A stretch of DNA of 64,000 nt from the human T2T-CHM13v2.0 reference genome, Homo sapiens, in NCBI RefSeq assembly GCF_009914755.1, contig NC_060941.1; one strand, written 5' to 3'. The notes under the pieces were generated by a model. That model did not search any database. It had not been told where the DNA came from and saw only the letters and a program-made list of their open reading frames with translations. Position 1 is the stretch's first letter; every line of letters begins with the position of its first letter. Position numbers and translations under genes: made by a program. Below, piece after piece: positions 23,641 through 38,914 of the stretch.

Positions 23641-24875
23641 CACATGCCAGGCAGCACAGTGGCTCACACCTGTAATTCCATCACCGGAAGGCAGAGGTGG
23701 GAGGATCTTTTGAGCCCAGGAGTTGGAGACCAGCCTGGGAAACGTAACAAAACCCTGTCCGCACCCCCGCCAAAAAAAAAAAAAAAAAAAGAAAAGAAAT
23801 CATCTGCCAAAAAGATATAAAATCAGCAAGTAAAAAATACAGACGACAGGTGGCATCCCTTCCTCTCTGCTCTTCTCATGCTTCTCCCATGCAAAATCCT
23901 TGACTAAAGTGCCATATATTTTACAGTTATTCTGAAAATGACTGGAACCCTAAAAATATCCAAACCACCAAACAAAAGCAGCTGCTTACTTTGATAATAT
24001 TTTTGTACCATAGACCTTCCTTAAAATGCAAGTTGACAGAGGACTTATGCCACAAACCCAAACATGCACAATCCACTAGAGTTAGCTTCGAGAGATGCTG
24101 TTGTAACTGCCACTGGCACAAAACACATTCCCAAAAGAGACTCACACTCACAAAAGAGAACTACATTATTACTCAGTCTAGTCAGAAGGCAATGTCATCA
24201 GGAACCTAATTGTGATCGATGTTCATTTAGTGTTTTCTGTCTGAAGCCCAAGACAATGGGCCTCAAAAACAAAACAAAACAAAGCTCATAATAAACTAAA
24301 CCACAGAAAAGCATGTCCTGTATTTAAATTGTTGGATATAAAATTGAAAAAATACAGGTTTGAAAATTGAATACTGAACCATCTAGGGTGTAATCACGAT
24401 TTTTTTTAATGCATCCAATATCAAGAGAAATTAATTACTCCCAGGTGCTAAACTCACTCATTTAGTGTCAACTCTGATTCTTAATTGCTAATACAAAAAC
24501 AATAATCATGGTCATATAGAATACATCTTAACTGACTGAAATGTTAGATGGTATTTTAATATCTTTCTTTTCATACAATGTCTTACATCTAGAGTCCCTA
24601 TTTCAAAATAGCAGAAGGAATAATGCAGATATTTTCAAAGAGAAATAGAGATGAGTGCATTGAAAGGCCTTGAAAAGTATTCACCAAATCAGCATAATCA
24701 TATCTAGATTCTGCTTCCGGTTTCGCCACTAAAATGCAAATGATGTCTGGCCTACACTGGCTTTACAAATATTTTTAAATATATAAAACCCGGCCGGGCG
24801 CGGTGGCTCACGTCTGTATCCCAGCACTTTGGGAGGCTGAGGCAGGTGGATCACGAGGTCAGGAGTTCAAGATCA

Positions 24876-25085
<210 letters not shown>

Positions 25086-26129
25086 TTATATATATACATA
25101 CTTATATATGTTTGTATATGTTTTATATATATATATAAAACCCAAAACATGTTGAGTCGTTAATGATGAGAATATCCAAAGACACTGTTAGCACAGCACT
25201 TTTCTACCATTTTCAGGTTATATGCAGCAAGGAAGTGCTAAGACGACCAACTAGATTAATATCAAGTATGACCCAGAGAAATTCAGATGGAATCCCACTC
25301 ACTCAAAAAGCACTTATTAAGCAGTTGCGTTAATAGTACTCTGAAGATTATCCGTCCTATCGCCAATTGGCAGCGGGTTATATCTTTTTCTATATATATT
25401 CGAGGGTATAGAGAAACCATATGGCTTTCCTGTATCTTTGATAACTCTTGCCCTGTGAAACAGATAACTGCACCACTTGAAATTATATTTAGCTTTTCCT
25501 TTCAGCACTCCTCTCTTAAAATCTATTTTTCCATTTCTCTATACCTTTGTATTCCCTCTCTCAAGGAAAAGGAAATCATTTTCCTTCTGCTCTTCCAACA
25601 TAGCTTCACCTTCACCTTAAATTTTAAACCTTCTAGAACAGGATTACTCTAAATGATTTTTTAAAAAGCATTCAAGATCGTATGACATATTATTCAGGCA
25701 TTAACCGCATTTATTGTCAAATGCTACTGCTTCTCAATCCCTACCTCTCCCTCACTCTCGCCCCTTAGTCCTCCCCTTCCAATATCCATTTTGTCTCCAC
25801 TTTCAGCTCTCCCAGGTCACTGTCCCACCTCTTCCTCAGGCTCTCTAAAATCAATGCCTCCCCGCCTACCCACCGCAGGTTTTTTACCAGTCTCCTCCTC
25901 CCCCGACTCATCACTACCCGCATGACCCCCTCGGATTCTGCTCTGGTCCCTCACTCTCCCAAACTTCGGAGGCCACCGCTACTCCCATCGCTGCCCCACA
26001 GTTTAGTGAACGCTCCTCACACCCTCCCTCCACCCCCAAAACTTCCCCTTACGACCTCCCCAACTCCCACCTTCCCCGTTCCCAGACTCCATTAGGTCTC
26101 CTTTCAAATGAATGCCTCTTCCCTACTCC

Positions 26130-26620
26130 AGAGTTTTCGGACAGTCCCACCCCTCAAAGCCCTCCCAGCCTTCGCCCGGCATCCGCGCCACCCCCGGGCC
26201 CACAGCGCCCCTGTGGGTGTGGCCCTCCGACCTGCCTCCGCGCCTCACGCAGCCCCTCAAGCCGGTGACCCAGCTCCCGCCGGTAGCTCTGCGCTGCCTC
26301 CACGTTCTCGCGGGCCTCCTGCAACAGCAGCTCAGGCTCCAGCTCCATCGCCCCCCTCATCTGGCCGCGCGGCCGGCGAAACCTAGCGCGGGTTCCCGAC
26401 TGCACCGGGCGCCTCCAAGCGGCCCGGCGCGGCCTCGCGCAGGCGGAAGCACCGCCCAGCCCCGCCGCCCCATGCCCCACGACGACCTTGATTGACGGGC
26501 GCACGGCGGCGCCTCGCGCGGGTGGCGTCCGGGTCCCAGCGCCGCCCGCCCCGCGGCTCACCCCGCCTCTTCCGTGCTGCGGCACAGCGCCGCTGGTTGG
26601 GCCTCCTTGGGAAACGTGCT
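26130..26620 (-). promoter_or_regulatory. CRLF3: CRLF3 CpG-island promoter
   Basis: Very high GC and CpG content around exon 1. GC boxes at about 26541-26569, an ETS-like GGCGGAAG at 26442-26449 and TGATTGAC at 26489-26496. No TATA box seen. Boundaries are approximate. Confidence 0.88.
26232..26360 (-). CDS. CRLF3: CRLF3 (cytokine receptor-like factor 3) coding exon 1
   Basis: 129 nt reading MRGAMELEPELLLQEARENVEAAQSYRRELGHRLEGLREARRQ, which matches the recalled CRLF3 N-terminus. It ends CAG|gtcgga (phase 0) and lies in a CpG island. Confidence 0.96.
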
Positions 26621-26877
26621 GAGGCCTGGCAAGGTTGATAACCCGCACCTTGCCAAGTGCTTCTCACAGCTCATCGCATTCTTGCCTGACCTTCAGCCCT
26701 ACCTGTATCTCCATTGCTCAGATGAGGAAATTGAGGGATAAAGGGGGGAATCGGCCGGGCGCGGTGGCTCACGCCTGCAGTCCCAGCACTTTGGGAGGCC
26801 GAGGCGGGCGGATCCCTTGAGCTCTGGAGTTCGAGACCCAGCCTGGGCAACACGGCGAAACCCTCTCTCACCAAAAA

Positions 26878-26921
26878 TACTACTACTATTACTATTACTA
26901 CTACTACTACTGCTACTACTA
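26878..26921 (+). repeat. (TAC)n microsatellite in an Alu linker
   Basis: tactactactattactattactactactactactgctactacta. Confidence 0.9.
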
Positions 26922-27592
26922 GCAACACGTAGTGGAGCACGCCTGTGGTCCCAGTGGATCGCTTGAGCCCGGGGGCCGAGGCTGCAGTGAGCTGTAATGG
27001 AGCCACTGCACTCCAGCCTGGGCGACAGAGCGAGACCCTGTCTCTAAATAAAAAATACTTTTTTTTAAATTAAAAATTTTAAAAAATAGCGAATCGACTT
27101 TTCCAAGCCGCAGAATTTGAGCCCAGATCTGATGACAAAAGCCCTGGTCCTTAAGAGCAGAGCAGGCCTTAGGGGAATTTACTAAGACCCAGGTGTCAGC
27201 GGGGAGCAGTGGCTCACGCCTGTAATCCCAGCACTTTGGGAGGCCGAGACGGGTGGATCACTGAGGTCAGAAGTTCAAGAGCAGCCATGGCCAACCTGGT
27301 GAAACCTCATCTCTACTAAAAATACAAAAATTAGCCGGGTGTGGTGGTGGGCGCCTGTAATCCCAGCTACTCGAGGGCTGAGGCAGGATAATTGCTTGAA
27401 CCGGGAGGCAGAGGTTGCAGTGAGCCAAGATTGTGCCACTGCACTCCAACCTGGGCAACAAAGCGAGACTCGGTCTCAAAAAACAACAACAAAACCCAGG
27501 TGTCACCACCCAGAAGCTCGTGGACGAATGGGGGATCCAAGAGAGAGGCCCAAGAGATGACCAGCAGGACAGCAATTCTGGCACAAGTCCAA

Positions 27593-27707
27593 GAAGGGTG
27601 TTGGCAAGTGTTATCTGTAAGGACCGTAGTGAATAAGCTGGGCTTGGGCTTGCCAGACCGGAAGGTATCTGTCACAATAGGTGTGACTGTATGTAATAAA
27701 ACCTTAT
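27593..27707. mobile_element. Degenerate MER58-like hAT fragment
   Basis: gggtgttggcaagtgttatctgtaaggacc..tctgtcaca..aataaaaccttat resembles MER58A. Confidence 0.45.
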
Positions 27708-28684
27708 GGGCAGGGCATGGTGGCTCACACCAGTAATCTTGGGAAGCTAAGGCAGGAGGATTGCTTGAGCCCAGGAGTTTGAGACCAGCCTTTGCAACAT
27801 GAGGAGACCTCCTCTCTACAAAAAGATTTAAAAAAAAAATTAGCCGCGGGTGGTGGCGCCCTCCTGTGGTCCCAGCAATTCAGGAGGCTGAGGTGGGAGG
27901 ATTCCTTGAGCCTAGGAGTTAGAGACCAACCTGGGTAACATAGCAAGACCCTATGTCTATAAAAATAAAAATAAATAAATAAATAAGTAAAATTACAAGG
28001 AAAACTTCCATAAAACCAGGACATGAATCTTGGTCTCATTCAACTTTGTTTTCTTAGTCTGATGGAAGGCAAGAAGTGTGTATCTAACATATCTACACTA
28101 TACCCAAAAACAAAACAAATAAGAAAATTGAAGGAAATATTCTAAAACTGCTTACCCCTAGACTTGACATTTTTAGATGCATTGTTTTTAAATTTAGAGC
28201 ATGAATTCCTAAAGAGTAAATGTTCTCGAGGAAACTGGTTTAGAAGTAGATGTCAGCTAGCCATCAGACAGAGTTTTACAGAGATATCTCCATGGCATCA
28301 CATTGGTCCAGAACTGACTTTTCAAGTGTACCCAGAGGATTCCAGGGAACAGACTCTTGCTAATAAGACTCACAAGAAACAAACTAAGCAGCTTGCCAAT
28401 TTATTTATTTACAACAGGAATATAATTGTTGAAAAAAATCACAATAGCTGGAAAATCAAGTTATAACCAGAGAGTTGGATTCAGATCAGAATACGTTGGT
28501 CATCTGGTCAGCAAAGGCTTTTTCCCTCTCCTGTCTCCAACCTCTTCTCAGAAAGCTCCTAACTGGGCTGGGTGTGGTGGCTCATGCTTGTAATCCCAGC
28601 ACTTTGGGAGGCCTAGGTGGGTGGATCACGAGGTCAGGAGTTCAAGAACAACCTGACTAACAGGGTGAAACCTCATCTCTACTA

Positions 28685-28840
<156 letters not shown>

Positions 28841-28849
28841 CTACGTCTC

Positions 28850-28882
<33 letters not shown>

Positions 28883-29090
28883 GCTCCTAACTGTACTGGA
28901 CACATAGTTGACAATTTTTTGCTCTCTGACTCCACCTTTCATTCCAGCTTTTTTTTTTTGAGACAGGGGCTTGCCTGTCACCTGTCACACAGGCTGGAGT
29001 GCAGTGACACAATCAGGGCTCACTGCACCCTTGATCTCCTGGGCTCAAACGATTCTCCCACCTCAGTCTGCCTAGTAGGTAGGATTATAG

Positions 29091-29426
<336 letters not shown>

Positions 29427-29585
29427 TGAGTAGCTGGGATCACAGGCACTGGCCACCACGCTCAGCTAATTTTTTGTATTTTTAGTAGAGACGGGGTTTC
29501 ACTATGTTGGTCAGGCTGGCCTTGAACTCCTGACCTTGTGATCCGCCGGCCTCAGCCTCCCAAAGTGCTGGAATTATGGGCGTGA

Positions 29586-30154
<569 letters not shown>

Positions 30155-31047
30155 TGATTACAGGCCTGAGCCACCATGCCCCACCCATATTTTTTCTTTA
30201 TTTTCTTCCTTTCTTTAATTTTTTTGAGACAGAGTCTCACTCTTATGTCATCCAGGCTGGAGTGCAGTGGCGCGATATCAGCTAACTGCGACCTCTGTCT
30301 CCCGGGTTTAAGTGATTCTCAGCCTCCTGAGTAGCTAGGATTACAGGCGTGCGCCACCACACCCGGCTAATTTTGTATTTTTAGTAGAGATGAGTTTTTC
30401 ACTATGTTGGTCAGGCTGGTCTTGAACTCATGACCTAAGGTGATCCACCTGCCTTGGCCTCCCAAAGTGCTGGGATTACAGGCGTGAGCCACCCCGCCCA
30501 GACAACAATAACGATTTTTAAAAGTAGGTGTTAGACACATGGGGAAGATAATCTGAAATGACATGGGCACTCTGTAAACTGTGAATTGCTTTACCATGTG
30601 AGAGTTCATTTAGATTAAAATTGATAAAAGCCATGAGCTCCTAAATAAGGGTTGGTAAAATACTATGTATCTAAAACTACTCAGTGGAAATGCTTAACAA
30701 CTTAATGCAGTTTAAATGCTTTGTAACTCAGAAGAATAAAAAGCACTAGAGAACACCGTATATAACCCAACAATCCCATTTCTAGATGTGAATCCTAGAG
30801 AAACATTACACGTGTTGAAGAAAACATGGACAAGACTGTTCATTGCCTCAGCATTTGAATAACAGAAAATTGGAGACAATTTAAATATTCATCAGTAAGG
30901 AAATGGATACAGGTGGCTCACCTGTAGTCCCAGCACTTTGGAAGGCCAAGGAGGGAGGATTGCTTGAGCCCAGGAAGTTCCAGACCAGCCTGGGCAACAT
31001 GGCAAAACCCTGTCTCTACAGAAAATACAAAAATTAGCCGGGCATTA

Positions 31048-31611
<564 letters not shown>

Positions 31612-31733
31612 TCAGGAGTTCAAGACCAGCCTGACCAACATGGTGACCCATCTCTACTAAAAATACAAAAAAAAAAAAAAAAAAAAAAAAAAAGCCAGGC
31701 ATGGTGGCACGAGCCTGTAATCCCAGCTACTCA

Positions 31734-32480
<747 letters not shown>

Positions 32481-32569
32481 TCAAGCAAACAAACAAACAA
32501 ACAACAACAACAAAAACGATGCACTCAAACAAATGTAACATGCTGTATTTAATGTAATTGCAACTTTAA

Positions 32570-33095
<526 letters not shown>

Positions 33096-33544
33096 AAAGG
33101 CTAACCAAACCCATGAAAACAATGCAAATGATGCATGAGATCAGAAACCAGCAAACTACTGGTAGGTACCCTGCGAGGACTGAACGCAGGCCAACCAGAT
33201 GAAGCAATGACTCGGCTGTTCGAGAGGATGGAATCCACAGAAAGAAATGCCTTCTTAGTCGAATAGGTACTTCGACTTTTATAGGTATAAAAGTCGAATT
33301 TCGGATCCTGAGAGGACGTATATTGAGGTGGAAAGCTCGCCCAAATATTAGCATTTTATTGTGCATGGTAACAATGTAAATCAATTATTTCCTTTTTCTG
33401 CATTTTTCAAATTTCGCCTTTAAAGAGGGGCTAGCCTAGGGCGTTAAAAGTCTAAATTTTAATTCTGTCAACAACTGACTAGGTGACTTAGTGAAATCAC
33501 GTCCTCAACGGTGAAACTGATAGGACAGAAATTCAAATTTCCAA

Positions 33545-34200
33545 ACTCCCGGGTTGGCTTTCAATTCCACGGTGCAATGGTTCCGCCTCCCGCGGGTTCG
33601 CCGAGGGAGTCATTTTGGCCCTCTCGGCTCACCGTCCGCGCAGCCTCCTGAAGCAGCCGTAAACTCCGCCCCTTGCGCGCAGGACGGCGCGAAAACCCAA
33701 TTGACAAGAATTCCCTCCGAAGCTCTGTGGTCCGATCTGCGGTCCGCTTGCTTTCCCTGCCCGGTCCCGAGCGCTCAGCCTGAAGCGCCGCTTTCGAGGG
33801 CACCCTGCATACACTGGCCGCGCCTCAGGGATCTCATTGCCCGCGCTTTCTCATTGCCTCTTTCCGTGTTCGATTCGGCTGATCTGGGCCCAGCCTCCGC
33901 TCCCGCTCTCTGTCGGTGGGCGCGGGGGAATCCGAAACGGCTCAGCAGAATCCCAGCAGCTTGCTGCTACTGGAGCGGGCCGCCTCCATGGCCTCCAGGC
34001 AGGCCGGGCTGGACCGCGTGAGGTCCTAGGAGACGGGATTCCGGGAAGCGGGGAGTATGGTGGGGGTCCTGGCCATGGCGGCTGCAGCTGCTCCGCCTCC
34101 CGTGAAGGACTGCGAGATTGAGGTGAGGTTGAGTCGAGGATCTGTTGAGTTCCTTCCTCTATCTTTTGGGGGATTGGAAGGTGGGTCTTGGCGGAAGGTG
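33545..34200 (+). promoter_or_regulatory. ATAD5: ATAD5 CpG-island promoter and 5' UTR with an E2F site
   Basis: CpG-rich. GC box CCGCCCC at 33666-33672, TGCGCGCA at 33674-33681, canonical E2F site GGCGCGAAAA at 33686-33695, CCAAT at 33697-33701. Confidence 0.85.
34057..34122 (+). CDS. ATAD5: ATAD5 (ELG1 homologue, PCNA unloader RFC-like subunit) coding exon 1
   Basis: agtATGG start; MVGVLAMAAAAAPPPVKDCEIE (22 codons); donor GAG|gtgagg. Confidence 0.95.
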
Positions 34201-35354
34201 ATCCTGACTTTGTAAGGGGAAAGGTGGGACATTGTGAGGACCCACAGCTGTGACACATTGTGTGCAACAGTTGCCAGAGTGTGTCGTTTAGAGTCGTGTC
34301 AAGTCCTGATAAACATTTGGATTCTGAGATATTTGCGGGGTCACAGTAAATTGGGGACTTAAGATAACACGGCCAGTTCCCAGATCCCGAAATGTTGGTG
34401 GAACGTGATGTTTTGGACTTCCGACATGTCACAGAGGATCCCAGGGTCAAGTTCTGGGTTCGTGATACGGAATCACTGAACTTTAGCGCTGAAGAAGATC
34501 TTTAAGTTAAACTAGTTCATACATCCACCTGTGCTTGGAATGCCACTTTAGAATGTCACTACAGAAATCAAGCAAGGTACTTAAAGAAAACAGTTTCTCA
34601 TGGCTTAGTATCTGCGGTTAGGAATCGCAGTGTAACATGTTCTTTTGGGTTTATCAGGTTTCAGTGACAGGCACTAAGCGGTCATTATAAAGAGATTCTA
34701 ATGCCATGAAGTAGTGGGCTAGCATCTTAAGGTAGACTTGTTATATTTTACACCTTTTCATCTCAGACTAGCATTCTAACTGAAGCATGTATCTTGGCGT
34801 CCTTGAAGAGAGTTAAGATGTATGTATGTTCATTTAACTGCGACCAGTTGTTTTTTTCAGAATCTGGTGACTTGTCTACTTAGTTTTTGTTTTTGTTTTT
34901 TTTTGTCTACTTAGTTGTTATGCTGATATTCCTTTGCTAAATCAAGGCAGTTAGTTACTCAGCTTGTCTTCTGGTACTTGATGTACACAGTTCTTGATTT
35001 CTATGTGGTCTGTTTTATCAATCTTTCCGTTACAGTTTCTGGTTTTGGTGCCCTAATGCTAAGAAACCCTATTTCATAATAATGATACTTACCATTTAAT
35101 ATGTTAGGGGTAAGAACCTTAAACACATTATTTTGCTTAATAGCAACCCTATGATCTATTGTCTGTATTCTACAAATGAAAGAAGGTAAAAAGTAGCTAA
35201 AAGTAAGTTAAATTTTTTGAAAAATTAAATGGAAAAGTTAAAAGTAATTTGCTTAACGTTTTACACCAGTAAATGTCAGAGCCAGCATTTAACTTAGATT
35301 TGCCTGACTCCAGAGCCTATGTATGTTGCCTTTGATACAATTGCAGCTTTATAA

Positions 35355-35627
<273 letters not shown>

Positions 35628-35856
35628 TGATCCACCCGCCTTGGCCTCCTGAAGTACTGGGATTACAGGCGTGAGCCACCGCACCTGGCCTGGTTTAACT
35701 TTAAAGCCTATTTTCTTTCTAATATATCACGTTTTTCACCTAAAGGAGGCTTCCTTTTTTTAATCCTATTATGTAAACTATTAGATCCATGTTTAAAATT
35801 TATATTTTGTATTATATTGCTTGAAATAAGTGCCTTTTTCTCTTTTAAATTGCCAG

Positions 35857-37757
35857 CCATGCAAAAAGCGAAAGAAAGATGATGACACATCTACCTGCAA
35901 AACAATTACAAAATATTTATCACCACTAGGGAAGACTAGAGACAGGGTTTTTGCTCCACCAAAACCTAGTAATATTCTGGATTATTTTAGAAAGACTTCA
36001 CCCACAAATGAGAAGACACAATTAGGGAAAGAGTGCAAGATAAAGTCACCTGAATCAGTACCTGTTGACAGCAACAAAGACTGTACGACACCTTTGGAAA
36101 TGTTCTCAAATGTAGAGTTTAAGAAGAAAAGAAAGAGGGTTAATTTATCTCATCAACTAAATAATATTAAAACTGAAAATGAAGCTCCAATTGGAATTAG
36201 TAGCGACGATAGCAAAGAAGACTATAGTTTAAATAATGATTTTGTGGAAAGTAGTACTTCTGTTTTACGTTACAAGAAACAAGTAGAGGTACTTGCAGAA
36301 AACATTCAAGATACAAAAAGTCAACCAAATACTATGACCTCCCTGCAAAATTCTAAAAAAGTAAATCCTAAACAAGGGACCACAAAAAATGACTTCAAAA
36401 AGTTGAGAAAAAGGAAATGCAGAGATGTAGTAGATCTATCTGAAAGCTTACCCTTGGCAGAGGAACTAAATTTGCTTAAAAAAGATGGTAAAGATACTAA
36501 ACAGATGGAGAATACTACAAGCCATGCAAACTCTAGAGATAACGTAACTGAAGCAGCCCAGTTAAATGATAGTATAATAACTGTCTCATATGAGGAATTT
36601 TTAAAAAGTCACAAGGAAAATAAAGTGGAAGAGATACCAGACTCTACAATGTCAATTTGTGTTCCTTCTGAAACTGTCGACGAAATAGTCAAAAGTGGTT
36701 ATATAAGTGAATCAGAAAACTCCGAAATTTCCCAGCAGGTACGCTTTAAGACAGTTACTGTTCTTGCACAGGTTCACCCTATTCCGCCCAAAAAGACAGG
36801 GAAAATACCCCGAATTTTCTTGAAACAAAAGCAATTTGAAATGGAAAATAGTTTATCTGATCCTGAGAATGAACAGACAGTTCAGAAAAGAAAATCTAAT
36901 GTTGTTATACAGGAGGAAGAATTAGAATTGGCTGTTTTGGAAGCTGGAAGTTCTGAAGCTGTGAAACCAAAATGCACTCTAGAAGAAAGACAGCAATTTA
37001 TGAAAGCATTTAGGCAGCCAGCATCAGATGCACTTAAAAATGGAGTTAAAAAGTCTTCTGATAAGCAGAAAGACCTTAATGAAAAATGTCTATATGAAGT
37101 AGGAAGAGATGATAATTCTAAAAAAATCATGGAAAATTCTGGTATCCAAATGGTTTCAAAAAATGGCAATTTACAGTTACACACTGATAAAGGAAGTTTT
37201 CTGAAGGAGAAAAATAAAAAGCTAAAGAAGAAGAATAAGAAAACATTAGATACTGGGGCTATTCCAGGCAAAAACAGAGAGGGAAACACTCAAAAGAAAG
37301 AAACAACCTTTTTCTTAAAAGAGAAACAATATCAAAATAGAATGAGTTTAAGACAAAGGAAAACAGAGTTTTTCAAAAGCAGCACTTTATTTAACAATGA
37401 AAGTCTTGTTTATGAAGATATAGCAAATGATGACCTTCTAAAGGTTTCCTCTCTGTGTAACAATAATAAATTGTCAAGAAAAACCAGCATACCAGTTAAA
37501 GATATTAAGCTTACACAGTCTAAAGCTGAATCTGAAGCCAGCTTGCTAAATGTTTCCACGCCCAAGTCAACTAGAAGATCTGGAAGAATTAGCAGCACAC
37601 CTACTACAGAAACCATTAGAGGTATTGATTCTGACGATGTACAAGATAATAGTCAACTAAAGGCTTCCACTCAAAAAGCAGCCAACTTATCGGAAAAGCA
37701 CAGCTTATATACAGCAGAATTAATAACAGTACCCTTTGATTCAGAGAGCCCTATTAG
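35857..37757 (+). CDS. ATAD5: ATAD5 exon 2 (1901-nt giant exon, disordered N-terminal region)
   Basis: This is the 643-aa ORF in the track. Acceptor tgccag|CCA, reading PCKKRKKDDD...FDSESPIR, donor AG|gtaagg. It contains the UAF1-binding SIM KSNVVIQEEELELAVLE (aa 368-384, 36892-36942). Confidence 0.97.
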
Positions 37758-37807
37758 GTAAGGTTTGTTTTTGTTCTAACGTTCTAGTATTCTGCATGTA
37801 TTATTAG

Positions 37808-38161
<354 letters not shown>

Positions 38162-38914
38162 TAGTCGTGAGCCACTGCGCCCGGCCTGGAAGAAAAAGAA
38201 CAGAGCTTCAAAAATGCTTCTTTGTTTGCCACATGTAATTAAATTTTTTTTTTAATTTTAATTTTTAATTTAATTTAATTTTATTTTATTTTGAGATGGA
38301 GTCTCACTCACTGTTGTCCAGTCTGGAGTGCAGTAGCACAATCTCAGCTCACGACAACCTCCACCTTCTGGGTTCAAGTGATTCTCGTGCCTCAGCCTCC
38401 TGAGTAGCTGGGATTACAGGTGCGTGCCACCATACCCGGCTGATCTTTGTATTTTTAGTAGAGACGGGGTTTTACCATGTTGGCCAGGCCAGTCTCGAAC
38501 TCCTGACCTCAAGTGATCTGCCTGCCTCGGCCTCCCAAAGTACTGGGTTTACAGGTGTGAGCCACCACACCCGGCAAGTTTGATTACTTTTGAATCAGTG
38601 GTTTGAAACTGATGGGAATTATTTTTTTCCTCCTGTTTCAGAACATTCCAGAAATTGGAGCCCTAGTTGGTTCTTTGCTGTCTATCTATCTGTCTATGCA
38701 TCTCTATCTATCTCTCTGGAAACAAGTTCTCACTGTGTTGCCCAGGCTGGTCTTGAACTCCTGGGGTCAAGCAATCCTTCCATATTAGGGTCCTGAGTAG
38801 CTGGGATTACATGCAGATGCCACTGCACCAGCTCTATTTTATCTATATTTAATTGAGATTCTTGTGTATGTTATAATCATGAAAATGTTTCTGAATACCT
38901 TATTTTTATTTCAG

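Noticed and set aside
26154-26648. 164-aa ORF extending CRLF3 by 96 codons upstream
   Set aside because: It starts at a GTG in the promoter and runs through the exon 1 donor. Stop codons are rare in GC-rich sequence, so only the 43-codon core is supported.
33554-34450. Overlapping 80-199 aa ORFs on both strands of the ATAD5 promoter
   Set aside because: CpG-island open-frame artefacts with no recognisable homology.
36882-37616. Antisense ORFs inside ATAD5 exon 2 (also 62057-62383, and 5633-5821 opposite CRLF3 exon 2)
   Set aside because: Shadows of the real coding strand; their F/L/S-rich composition mirrors the K/E codons.
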